IMG/VR virus record: IMGVR_UViG_3300036770_007539
Coordinates: 186,001 to 250,000 of that record
Reading direction: 5' to 3' (one strand)
Length of the DNA stretch: 64,000 nt
The number at the start of each line of letters is the position of its first letter. The stretch's first letter is position 1. Below the pieces are notes generated by a model. The model had not been told where the DNA came from and did not search any database. It worked only from the letters and a program-made list of their open reading frames with translations. Position numbers and translations under genes: made by a program. Below are positions 28,660-37,672 of this stretch, one piece after another.

Positions 28660-29048
28660 AATACTCAGTAATAACAAATCATGATAGGGCTTCTATCAAT
28701 GAAGCTATAGAAGAAGAAAAACTACAATTTTTAGTTTTTGTTTTAGATTCTATGGGTTTAAATTTGGAGGGTTGTTTTCCAGATCCTTTAAATCCAAAAG
28801 AGATTACAGTTGATCACAGATCAAAACTTTTTGAGACTTTACAAAAGTTTAATATTTCTGTTATAGATTACGCTGATAAAACCTTTGAACTTTATCTTGA
28901 GAAAGATAAAGTTGCCTCTTGGGGCAAGCATTGGGTAGAGTTAAAAAAAGATTTATCGGAAATTAATCCGAAACGCAAGATATATGTAGAAATACATTTG
29001 GATTGTTGGTCTATATTTGAACAAAAAGAGGATGAAAATCATGAGTGA
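28656..29048 (+). CDS. Hypothetical protein
   Basis: ORF with ATGA overlap. Confidence 0.65.
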   Translation: MKYSVITNHDRASINEAIEEEKLQFLVFVLDSMGLNLEGCFPDPLNPKEITVDHRSKLFETLQKFNISVIDYADKTFELYLEKDKVASWGKHWVELKKDLSEINPKRKIYVEIHLDCWSIFEQKEDENHE

Positions 29049-29382
29049 TGCAAAAAAAGCAGATAAAATTTCAGTAGAAGAATTACACTTTCTTGAAACT
29101 CTCAAGAAAGAATTTAATATGCTCAACCTAAAAGTTGATAATACCAAACTTCAATATGAAAATGCACTATTTAAAATCATGAGAAAATATGATTTAAAAG
29201 AATCAGATTCTATTGATGAGACCACTGGTAATATTGTTCGACGGACGCCTCCAGCTCCAGTGGCACCACCACCTCCCTCGCCACTAGTTCCGGAATTACC
29301 CCCACAAGCCTTTGAAACTCCGGAACCAGCAGCAGAGCCCGAACCGGTAAAAGCCAAAAAAGGAAGAAGAGATTCTAAATGA
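29041..29382 (+). CDS. Hypothetical protein with coiled coil and Pro-rich/basic tail
   Basis: GAGGA RBS; PPAPVAPPPPSP segment. Confidence 0.65.
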   Translation: MSDAKKADKISVEELHFLETLKKEFNMLNLKVDNTKLQYENALFKIMRKYDLKESDSIDETTGNIVRRTPPAPVAPPPPSPLVPELPPQAFETPEPAAEPEPVKAKKGRRDSK

Positions 29383-29927
29383 ACGTAAATAATTTGCACG
29401 CATTAATAGTTTTAAGAAATCATGCGCAATCCATTCTTAATGGGGCAAGAGCTGATTTAAAATTAACTAAAGAAGAAAAGTCCTCATTAACGAATGGACT
29501 TAAAAAAGTTGATGAAGTTTTTATTAAAAACTTTGAAACTTGTGTAGAAGCATCTAATACATCTTCTAAAGTAAGAAGTTGGACATCTACCGAGAGTGAA
29601 GAAAGTGTTCTCTTGGGCGCTATGTCGTTAGTTAATACAGTGGCATCTGTTCACCCTGAAGCTCTTACAGATGAAATCAAAAAAGATATTCATCATGTAG
29701 CTGAATTAGTTGGTGTATTGCCCAAAACTTCAAATCATAAAGATGGACTCTTTTCAAGAGTAGATGCTACTGAGCAAAGAGATCGCTTGGTAGCAGCAGC
29801 CGTCAAGGGACTGGGAACAGAATCTGTAATAGCTGAAGATAAGGCTTCTGAAGTTGTCACGGTTCCAGTAGTTACCACGAAAGATAAGGCTGATAAAAAA
29901 GCAAAAAGAGGTCCTAAAAAGGCATGA
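29379..29927 (+). CDS. Hypothetical protein
   Basis: ORF with ATGA overlap; basic C-terminus. Confidence 0.65.
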   Translation: MNVNNLHALIVLRNHAQSILNGARADLKLTKEEKSSLTNGLKKVDEVFIKNFETCVEASNTSSKVRSWTSTESEESVLLGAMSLVNTVASVHPEALTDEIKKDIHHVAELVGVLPKTSNHKDGLFSRVDATEQRDRLVAAAVKGLGTESVIAEDKASEVVTVPVVTTKDKADKKAKRGPKKA

Positions 29928-30673
29928 GCTTAACAAGATCATTTTCAGACCATCAATTGGTTGTTCTGCAAGATGATGAATGGCTGGAGCGACAGCGAAT
30001 AGCTGGTCGCTCCGTTGTTTTTTGTCTAGAATCAGCCAAATCTATGATTGAAAATAGAAAAGAGTTGACCGTCTCTTCTTTAAAGGGTGAGGCAGTACTT
30101 TTAATGAAGGGCTTTGATTGCACTCAGGTTCTAACAAGAGATAAGTCTCATAAGTCTTCAGTTAACATTTATGTCAACGGTATCTTTAATAAAGAAGATG
30201 ATTCTTATAAGTTTCAAGACGGAGATCTTATAAAATTAGAAATAGCAAGTTCTCACAAGGGAGCCGTTGCTAAATCAATAATTACTGTAATCAAGGGCAA
30301 ATCAAAATCTTTTGCTCAAACTGAAATGTTAAAAGTATGTCAAAAGGCATTAGAAAATGCTATTGCACAAATTGAGGTAGGTAAAAGATTGGGGTCAATA
30401 GGTGCTGGCATAAAATATATTGTTAAAAATAGTTCATTTAGAATAGTTCAAGAACATTTTGGAAATGGCTTGGATGAAGATAATATTTTTGCTAATCCTG
30501 TAGTTTTAAACAAGTCTCAATTTAATACGGGAATTAGAATCCAGCCAGGCATGACTTTTACTGTGTCTCCAGCTTTATCAATAGATGGTAAACTAGGTTG
30601 CTGTTTTGAAAAAACAATTTTTGTTAATGAAAATAAAGTTGAAATAATAACTCCTTGGAGCGAGGTAAATTAA
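29924..30673 (+). CDS. Methionine aminopeptidase (M24) homologue lacking most metal ligands
   Basis: R.AG, DGDL, G.RL..IG, G.GL, I.PGMTFTV.P, FE.TI align with MetAP; ligand positions substituted. Confidence 0.8.
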   Translation: MSLTRSFSDHQLVVLQDDEWLERQRIAGRSVVFCLESAKSMIENRKELTVSSLKGEAVLLMKGFDCTQVLTRDKSHKSSVNIYVNGIFNKEDDSYKFQDGDLIKLEIASSHKGAVAKSIITVIKGKSKSFAQTEMLKVCQKALENAIAQIEVGKRLGSIGAGIKYIVKNSSFRIVQEHFGNGLDEDNIFANPVVLNKSQFNTGIRIQPGMTFTVSPALSIDGKLGCCFEKTIFVNENKVEIITPWSEVN

Positions 30674-30856
30674 ATGAAGATCTCTTTCGAGTCAGGTGAA
30701 TATGTGGAAGTTGTTCCAAACAAAGGAAATGTTGTGCTATCTATAGCATCAAAGCATCCTTCCAAACCAAAATCTTTACTTGTAAATTCAGCAGAGCTTA
30801 CGGTAGAGCAATTTAAACAATTATCATTAGATATCTTTCAGGAGAAAGAAATATGA
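30674..30856 (+). CDS. Hypothetical protein
   Basis: 60-aa ORF with GAGG RBS. Confidence 0.6.
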   Translation: MKISFESGEYVEVVPNKGNVVLSIASKHPSKPKSLLVNSAELTVEQFKQLSLDIFQEKEI

Positions 30857-31173
30857 CAATTAGTAAACGCACACGTCAAATGGTATCATCAGTTGATTCA
30901 CGCCGCATTCGCAATAATACACAGCGTGTATTGCTTGCACTCCTCCGAGCAGAAGGAGATTGGGTTCCTCGTACATCTGTGCGGGTGCGCAATGCTACTT
31001 CCCGCATGAGAGAACTTCGCCGTTCTGAATACGGAGGCTTTGATGTTCAGGTTGCCACAGCATCAGAGCTTGGTCGTCCAGGCGGTTCACGTCGAACTTA
31101 TTATCGAATCAACCCCCGCACAATTACCGCTGACCGCGTTGCGGTCGTAATGCGAGATGCCGTTACGGTTTGA
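30853..31173 (+). CDS. Arg-rich putative winged-helix DNA-binding protein
   Basis: RVLLALL...W...SRMRELRR..GG..V...Y.I pattern; AGGAG RBS; 21 Arg, 1 Lys. Confidence 0.6.
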   Translation: MTISKRTRQMVSSVDSRRIRNNTQRVLLALLRAEGDWVPRTSVRVRNATSRMRELRRSEYGGFDVQVATASELGRPGGSRRTYYRINPRTITADRVAVVMRDAVTV

Positions 31174-31206
31174 AAAATATAAAATCTTAAAATTATAAAC
31201 CAATAT

Positions 31207-31247
31207 AAATATAAAAGCCTACTAGATAATAGTAGGCTTTTATATTT
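31207..31247. terminator. Intrinsic terminator
   Basis: 18-bp perfect inverted repeat aaatataaaagcctacta-gataa-tagtaggcttttatattt. Confidence 0.85.
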
Positions 31248-31288
31248 GTTGCGCATATTATTGTATTTCTTGGTAGGGAATAACAACT

Positions 31289-32569
31289 ATGAGCACTAGT
31301 TTATATCCAAATCAGCTTGATAATTCTACTTCTATACCTATTGCTACGGATAAAGTTACTCCCGTAAATGCAGAGTCGGTAAATAGACTTCGTGATGCTA
31401 TTATTTCTATTGAAAGTGAATTGGGATTAAATCCCTCTGGCACCTTCGGTACCGTTAAAGATAGATTGGACTTTATTGAGGCAAATGGTGGCGGCGGCGG
31501 TGGTGGTGGCTCAGTTTCCGTTGAGGACAACGGGTCTATTATTGTGCCTGTTGCCTCTACTTTGAATTTCGTTGGAACAGGAGTAACTGTAACAAATCCG
31601 ACGACTGGCACTGCAGAGATTAATATTGCGGGGGGATCTGCAACTCAAGTTCAAGAAACTATTGCAGTAACCTCTCCTGGACAAACTTCTTTTACTTTAT
31701 CTCAAATACCTGCTCAAGCATCTGCTTTGCAGATGTTTTTAAATGGTAGCAAGTTAGAAGAAGGCGTGGAGTATGTCAATACTCCGTCAACAACCGCTGT
31801 AACATATACAGGTTTAATTTCATTAAATTTAATTGACATTGTAGAATTTTGGTATTTAGTAGATGCAACTTCCATAGTTTCAACTTATAATCTCACTATT
31901 AAAGACAGTGGCTCAATAGTAGAAGCAGCTGCAACATCAATAGATTTTACTGGGAACGTAACAGTTACTAGTATATCTTCTGGTCTAGTTGAAGTTAATG
32001 TTCCAAATGCAACAGTTGCAGTAGAGAATAATGGAGCCCCAGTAGATTCTGCCGTTGTTCTTATTGACACGGTTGGAAAGTTAATATCTACTTCTGTATC
32101 TCCTGGTAATGTTCAATTTGAAGTTCCAGAGGCAAAAATTAGAGTTTATATTGATTCTGCTAATTTTTCAGGTGCGACATCTGGTATTGATCAAACTATT
32201 ACTTGGAACGGTACATCTACTAAAATTACCCCTGCAAATGCTTCTCTATCTGGAGGAACTCAGTTAACTACTACTAAATCTGGTACGTATTTAGTTCAAG
32301 GGCAATTAACAATACAGCCTACTGTGGACTCTATTAGCGGGATTATAATCAAAATAATTCACAATGGATTAACTGACGTTCATACTATTTATGACGCTGG
32401 TGCGGTGTGGGGAACGGGAATTAATCGTTCTTTTAGTTTTAATTTTCCTATAGAATTAGATACTTCAGATACTTTGGAAGTTACTTGGCAGCATACTGGA
32501 AGCGCATTATCTGCTACAGATTTAGTCTTTGGAGATAATTTATCTTGGTTTTCAATTGTTTTAGTTTAA
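31289..32569 (+). CDS. Putative virion fibre/decoration protein with C-terminal C1q/BclA-like beta-sandwich
   Basis: Poly-Gly hinge, three V.V.(D/N)(N/S)G..V......(N/D)(F/T)(V/T)G repeats, SGTYLVQGQLT...LDTSDTLEV...SWFSIV tail. Confidence 0.6.
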   Translation: MSTSLYPNQLDNSTSIPIATDKVTPVNAESVNRLRDAIISIESELGLNPSGTFGTVKDRLDFIEANGGGGGGGGSVSVEDNGSIIVPVASTLNFVGTGVTVTNPTTGTAEINIAGGSATQVQETIAVTSPGQTSFTLSQIPAQASALQMFLNGSKLEEGVEYVNTPSTTAVTYTGLISLNLIDIVEFWYLVDATSIVSTYNLTIKDSGSIVEAAATSIDFTGNVTVTSISSGLVEVNVPNATVAVENNGAPVDSAVVLIDTVGKLISTSVSPGNVQFEVPEAKIRVYIDSANFSGATSGIDQTITWNGTSTKITPANASLSGGTQLTTTKSGTYLVQGQLTIQPTVDSISGIIIKIIHNGLTDVHTIYDAGAVWGTGINRSFSFNFPIELDTSDTLEVTWQHTGSALSATDLVFGDNLSWFSIVLV

Positions 32570-32581
32570 AATAAGGTAACG

Positions 32582-35500
32582 ATGCCTCAATTTAGAAAAG
32601 AACAGCTTAATCTTTTAAGTGCAAATTGGTCTACATACACTTATTCTGCTGCCGCAGGAGACACATTCACTGATTTGCCCGCTGGATTTGAATCATCTAC
32701 GGTAACTCAAGTCTCCGGAGGAGAGACTTCTGGACCTACCAGGGGCATTGTTACTAGTGCTCCAGATAATTATATTAAATTGCGTTTGGAACAAGACGGA
32801 TCGTCATTAGTAAATAATGGCGTTATTTTTGGGAGATTAACTTATTTATCTGGGGTTTACACTCTTACCTATTACGTTCTTTCTGGCGGATCTGAGGTTT
32901 CTGCTACTTTGCCTGGCTCTGGAATTTACAATGTAACAATGTTATTTCCAGAAGTAATGAAACTTGAAGAGATACCATCAAATTCTACTATAACATTTGC
33001 ACAGTCAGAGGCGCTTGGCGGTTCAGGTGCAATTATCATTCCAGATGGTGGGAATATATCTGGCACTTATGCTTCTGATGTTTTTTGCGAAGGCAATGCC
33101 AATATAGTTGGCAATTTATGGGTTAAAGGAGATTTAATTGTAGATGGTGACTTAATTAACTCGGATGGGTATTCTGCCTCTATTGCAGGAGATCTTCGAG
33201 CAGTAAATTTGAATTTTGACAGGGCAGATACTAGTCAGCCGCAGGGAAATTTAAATGTTGGTGGCGATTTATTATTTTCAGAAAACATGTATTATAGACC
33301 CACTGCAGTTGGAACCGTTGATTTAACTGTAAATGGAAATATAATTGGCGGATCTTCGATTGGTTCCGAAATGAATTGTAATGGCTACGAAGACACTAAC
33401 GGGTTAAATGTTTTTGTTGGTGGTAATTTAATTGTTGGATATTTAGATGTTTCTGGTGGTGATGCAGATTCCATAGGTGCAGGTAATGGCGGAACTATCT
33501 TTGTTCGTGGTGATTTAAATGTTACTATTTATTTGTCTTCTTCTGGTGGCGATTCAGCTGCTGGACTTAACGCAGGAAACGCTGGAGAGATCATTGTTTA
33601 TGGAAACTTGTCCAATTCATACAATTCTGGATTTTTTGGCTCTGTATTACTGCTGGACGGCGGTGACTCTATTGGTGCAGACGCATCTGCTGGAAATGGT
33701 GGCACTTTAACAGTTTTTGGAAACGCCAATCTTAGATACTGTGATATGGTGGGAGGATATTGCGACTCGTCTATTGAATCTAATAATTCTGGTCAAGGTG
33801 GAAGTGTAAATATTTTTGGCTCAGCTGTTGCTTACAGCTTAGATGTTTCTGGCGGTGATAGAGGAGGCACTTTAACTGCAGAAGGTTCTGCTACTCCTCC
33901 ACACGCAGGCTCAATATTTATTCAAGGAAATTTAACTTCTTATGACGCTATTGGCGGAACAGGTGGAACAATTTCTTCATCAAATTTTGCCCCCAGTTTT
34001 GCGGGTGATGGCGCAGTGGTTTCAGTCGAAGGGGATTGCAATGCAGAAACAATACTAGTTTCTGGTGGGGATTTTATATTTTCCTCATCTCTTTCTTATG
34101 GGGCTGGAAATGCTGGAGATTTTGATGTTGGCGGCAATTTGTACTGCGGAAATATATATGCGGATGGAGGCAACTGCAGCTCCGGAACTAACGCTGGAAA
34201 TGGAGCAGATATTAGTATTTTAGGCTCTGCAAATTGTTATTTTATTTTCATGCCAGGCGGAAATGCTACTGAATCATCAGCAGGAGACGCTGGTTACTTA
34301 GAAATTAGAGGCAATTTTTTATGTTCTGAAATATCTATATATGGAGGGTCTTGTGACTCTTCTGTAGAAACTCATAATGCTGGACTTGGGGGATACATAG
34401 AATGCGACTCTTTTAACGTTGATAATTTTTCAATTTATGGAGGCACACGCTCAGGAGCCACAACTGTTTCATATGCTTCACAGCAGCCTAATGCTGGATC
34501 TATATTAGTAAGAGGGGATTTTCACTGTGAAGGATGGGCAGAATGTTTTGGTGGCGATGTTATTACGGATGAACCTAATGCTTTAGGTGGCGATGGTGCA
34601 AATATTGATATTTTTGGAAGTGCATATATGGCAACATTACAAGCTCAAGGGGGCAATTGTGATTTAAATCGTGGCGGTAATGGTGGCAATATTAGCATTG
34701 TTAGCGGGAATCTTAACATATCTAATCAATTTTTAATAAATGGAGGAGATTCTTCATATAATTCTTTTGGTGGTGGAAATGGCGGTTCTCTCTCTGTAAA
34801 TGGAAATTTGAACGGTAATATAGATCTTTTTGCCAAAGGAGGGGTTGGGACGGATGCGCCTGGTGGTTCTGGCGGAACAATTCAAATTAAAGGCAATGTT
34901 AATTTGCAAGAGCTAGATGTTAGTGGCGGGAGCAGTGTTTCCACTGATGGTTCATACTCAGCTGGAAATGGTGGGAGTATTACAATACAAGGTAATTCTA
35001 ACATTGAAGAAGCTTCTTTTTTTGGTGGAGAAGGAACTCAGGCTTCCGGTGGAAATGGCGGTAATTTTTATATTTATGGTATGGCTAATTCAATTTTTGT
35101 TATTGGCTTTGGTGGAAATTGCGATTCTGACTATGAAACTAATAGAGCTGGTACTGGCGGAAGTGTTTTCGCTCAATCGGCAGTATTTTATAATGTTGAT
35201 GTTTCTGGCGGTAATAGATTTGGAACTTTATCATCTTCCGGATCTCAATTACCTGCAGATAGTGGAAACATACAAATCAACGGCTCAATAACTGCCATGG
35301 ATATTTATGCAAATGGAGGCGCTATAAATACTCTTAATTTTGCACCTTCTTCTGCTGGCTCTGGGGGAAATATTCAAATAGGGGGAGTGGTCAATGTTTC
35401 TAGCGATATTGACCTTTATGGCGGAGATGCTTCGGTTGGCAACGCTGGAGATGGCGGAACGTTAAACGTTCCATACGGTAATGTTATAACTGAAGGAATA

Positions 35501-36511
35501 AATGCTAGCGGCGGACAATCTTCTCAAGGCTCTGGCGGTGATGGCGGAGGAATATATTGCACTTTTAGTGACGTTGGCGGAGTAATTTATCTAGATGGTG
35601 GAGATTCGGTTAATGGAAATGGCGGTAATGCTGGTGAGATATATGCATCAAGTATTCGTGCGTTTATTAGTTTAAGCGGTGGAAACTGCGATTCTTCAGA
35701 CGAAAATCACGTCGCTGGAAATGGCGGATATATTGCTTGCATTAATCTTGATGGCACTGACGTTTATATTGATGGCGGAGATCGATCTGGGTCCTTAGTT
35801 TCTTCTGGGTCTGTTCTTGTTGGACCATCTGCAGGAAGTGTAAATGTAAATGGACAGGTAAATTTGTTATATTTATATGGCAGAGGCGGGGACGTTACCA
35901 CAAATCTTAAATGCGCCCCAGGGGGGAATGGAGCTGAAGTTTTAATTGGTTTGGGCAATACAGTATCGTCCGCAAACATTGCATTTATAAATATCAGTGG
36001 GGGCGATAGTAATGGATATGATGGAGGTGCTTCTGGTCAGTTGAAAAGCACTGGTTCAGCGGTTATCAGTGAAGAATTATTAGCAGTAGGTGGAATATCT
36101 TATCCTTCTTTAGATGCGGCAGCAGCAAGGAATGGAATGGGACCTGCACTTGTCCAGTTTTCTGGCGGTGTAACCGCTAGATATGTTACTTTGCAAGATG
36201 GTTATGGATCTGGATCTCCCCCTTTAAACACTGGCTCTACAGAGGTTATTTTAAGGTTGGCTGGAAGTTGCACTTTTCATACTTTGGACATGACTAGTAG
36301 ACAAGGATTTATATTGCCGCACAATGATGACAGCACTCCTGCTTCTGTTATATTTAAGGTGCAAAATATGCCGGATAAATCTACTTTGAATGTTCCAGAA
36401 TTTACAGATCTTTTACGTTCTAATACTTCGGATATATCTTCTGACTTGGAAGATAGTGTTTTTATATCAGGTCAAGCTAATTGGTATAAATTAACAGGAA
36501 CAGCAATATAA
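32582..36511 (+). CDS. Large Gly-rich repeat (beta-solenoid-like) protein, putative tail fibre/adhesin
   Basis: Dozens of GGD/N...GNGG.I.V.GN repeats; acidic and very Lys-poor. Confidence 0.7.
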   Translation: MPQFRKEQLNLLSANWSTYTYSAAAGDTFTDLPAGFESSTVTQVSGGETSGPTRGIVTSAPDNYIKLRLEQDGSSLVNNGVIFGRLTYLSGVYTLTYYVLSGGSEVSATLPGSGIYNVTMLFPEVMKLEEIPSNSTITFAQSEALGGSGAIIIPDGGNISGTYASDVFCEGNANIVGNLWVKGDLIVDGDLINSDGYSASIAGDLRAVNLNFDRADTSQPQGNLNVGGDLLFSENMYYRPTAVGTVDLTVNGNIIGGSSIGSEMNCNGYEDTNGLNVFVGGNLIVGYLDVSGGDADSIGAGNGGTIFVRGDLNVTIYLSSSGGDSAAGLNAGNAGEIIVYGNLSNSYNSGFFGSVLLLDGGDSIGADASAGNGGTLTVFGNANLRYCDMVGGYCDSSIESNNSGQGGSVNIFGSAVAYSLDVSGGDRGGTLTAEGSATPPHAGSIFIQGNLTSYDAIGGTGGTISSSNFAPSFAGDGAVVSVEGDCNAETILVSGGDFIFSSSLSYGAGNAGDFDVGGNLYCGNIYADGGNCSSGTNAGNGADISILGSANCYFIFMPGGNATESSAGDAGYLEIRGNFLCSEISIYGGSCDSSVETHNAGLGGYIECDSFNVDNFSIYGGTRSGATTVSYASQQPNAGSILVRGDFHCEGWAECFGGDVITDEPNALGGDGANIDIFGSAYMATLQAQGGNCDLNRGGNGGNISIVSGNLNISNQFLINGGDSSYNSFGGGNGGSLSVNGNLNGNIDLFAKGGVGTDAPGGSGGTIQIKGNVNLQELDVSGGSSVSTDGSYSAGNGGSITIQGNSNIEEASFFGGEGTQASGGNGGNFYIYGMANSIFVIGFGGNCDSDYETNRAGTGGSVFAQSAVFYNVDVSGGNRFGTLSSSGSQLPADSGNIQINGSITAMDIYANGGAINTLNFAPSSAGSGGNIQIGGVVNVSSDIDLYGGDASVGNAGDGGTLNVPYGNVITEGINASGGQSSQGSGGDGGGIYCTFSDVGGVIYLDGGDSVNGNGGNAGEIYASSIRAFISLSGGNCDSSDENHVAGNGGYIACINLDGTDVYIDGGDRSGSLVSSGSVLVGPSAGSVNVNGQVNLLYLYGRGGDVTTNLKCAPGGNGAEVLIGLGNTVSSANIAFINISGGDSNGYDGGASGQLKSTGSAVISEELLAVGGISYPSLDAAAARNGMGPALVQFSGGVTARYVTLQDGYGSGSPPLNTGSTEVILRLAGSCTFHTLDMTSRQGFILPHNDDSTPASVIFKVQNMPDKSTLNVPEFTDLLRSNTSDISSDLEDSVFISGQANWYKLTGTAI

Positions 36512-36518
36512 GGTTAAT

Positions 36519-36929
36519 ATGCAATACATTTATTTGGTGAGAAATGACCGTACCGGTCAATATTTAAACAAAAAAGGTTCTTGGTCTAAAAATTTACTTT
36601 CTTATAGATTGGCAGAATTTGAAACCGAAGAGTTGGCTAAAGCCGCTATGCCTTCAGGAGTAAAGTGTTTAGTTACACGTAGAGAAAAAAAAGAGTTAGA
36701 TACCTCTGGTAAATATAAATTCTTTTTAAAAGATTTAAAAACTAAATGTTATTTAAATTCTTTGGATCAATTTAAAGTTTGGGCTCCAATGCCTAGCGCC
36801 GTGTCTTTTAATACTGAGGCGGAAGCCTTAGATAAAGCGGAATCTTTAGGTTTAGATCTAGATAGTATTTCTGTTTTGAAAATGCCAATATTCGAAGAGA
36901 TCGGTCAAGGAACCAATACAGATGAATGA
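36519..36929 (+). CDS. Hypothetical protein with internal duplication (possible fibre accessory)
   Basis: Two similar halves: YLVRNDRTGQYL..AEFETEELA and FFLKDLKTKCYL..VSFNTEAEA. Confidence 0.6.
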   Translation: MQYIYLVRNDRTGQYLNKKGSWSKNLLSYRLAEFETEELAKAAMPSGVKCLVTRREKKELDTSGKYKFFLKDLKTKCYLNSLDQFKVWAPMPSAVSFNTEAEALDKAESLGLDLDSISVLKMPIFEEIGQGTNTDE

Positions 36930-37584
36930 TAGAATATTTAAGTTTTTATATTTATTGAAGAGTAAATACGAAGTCCAAATAAAGTATAAAAACTCTTCGT
37001 CCTTTATGAAGTTTTTATCTTATATTTTATTTTTTGTTCCTGACTTCATGACTAGATTTACAACTACGATTGGAAGTACTATTTACTTCCCTAATGAAGA
37101 AGCTCTCAAAGACGAAGGTAAAATAGTTACTTTAGCCCATGAAGTCCGTCACATTCACGATAGTCAACTAGATAAATTATATAATTTAAAATATTTATTT
37201 CCTCAAGTTTTTTCAATTTTATTTTTTACTTTAAGCCTTGTTTCGTTATGGTTTTTAATTCCATCTTTTATTTTATTAGCGCCACTGCCAGCTTATTGGA
37301 GAATGAAACTTGAGTTGAGGGGATATGCTACTTCTTTATTTGTATTAAATTTAATGCTAAAAGAAAAAGAAGAGCACCTAGAAAATAGATTAAAAATTTT
37401 ATTGGATAGAGCGGATAAAATTAATGGAAATTTTACGGGACCTTCTTATTATTTTATGTGGGTGACTGGTGTTAGATTAGGGCTTGCAGATATAGTATAT
37501 AAAATATTAGAAGAAAAATTAGAAAAAGAAGATTCTTTTTATCTCTTTATTAAAGATTGTTTTAATCAATCTAAGCTTGGCTAG
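36922..37584 (+). CDS. Putative membrane-associated zinc metallopeptidase
   Basis: LAHEVRH (HExxH), downstream ELRGY, hydrophobic segment between them. Confidence 0.65.
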   Translation: MNDRIFKFLYLLKSKYEVQIKYKNSSSFMKFLSYILFFVPDFMTRFTTTIGSTIYFPNEEALKDEGKIVTLAHEVRHIHDSQLDKLYNLKYLFPQVFSILFFTLSLVSLWFLIPSFILLAPLPAYWRMKLELRGYATSLFVLNLMLKEKEEHLENRLKILLDRADKINGNFTGPSYYFMWVTGVRLGLADIVYKILEEKLEKEDSFYLFIKDCFNQSKLG

Positions 37585-37672
37585 AATTAAAATAAAAAAT
37601 AAAATTATTTATTTACCATTTATGGCTTGATATATTAAGCTATTAGTTTAATTACTTTTTGGAGAACATAAT

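Noticed and set aside
32582-36511. Diversity-generating retroelement or DNA-level tandem repeat in the Gly-rich gene
   Set aside because: Repeats are protein-level with diverged codons; no reverse transcriptase or adenine-specific template/variable pair seen
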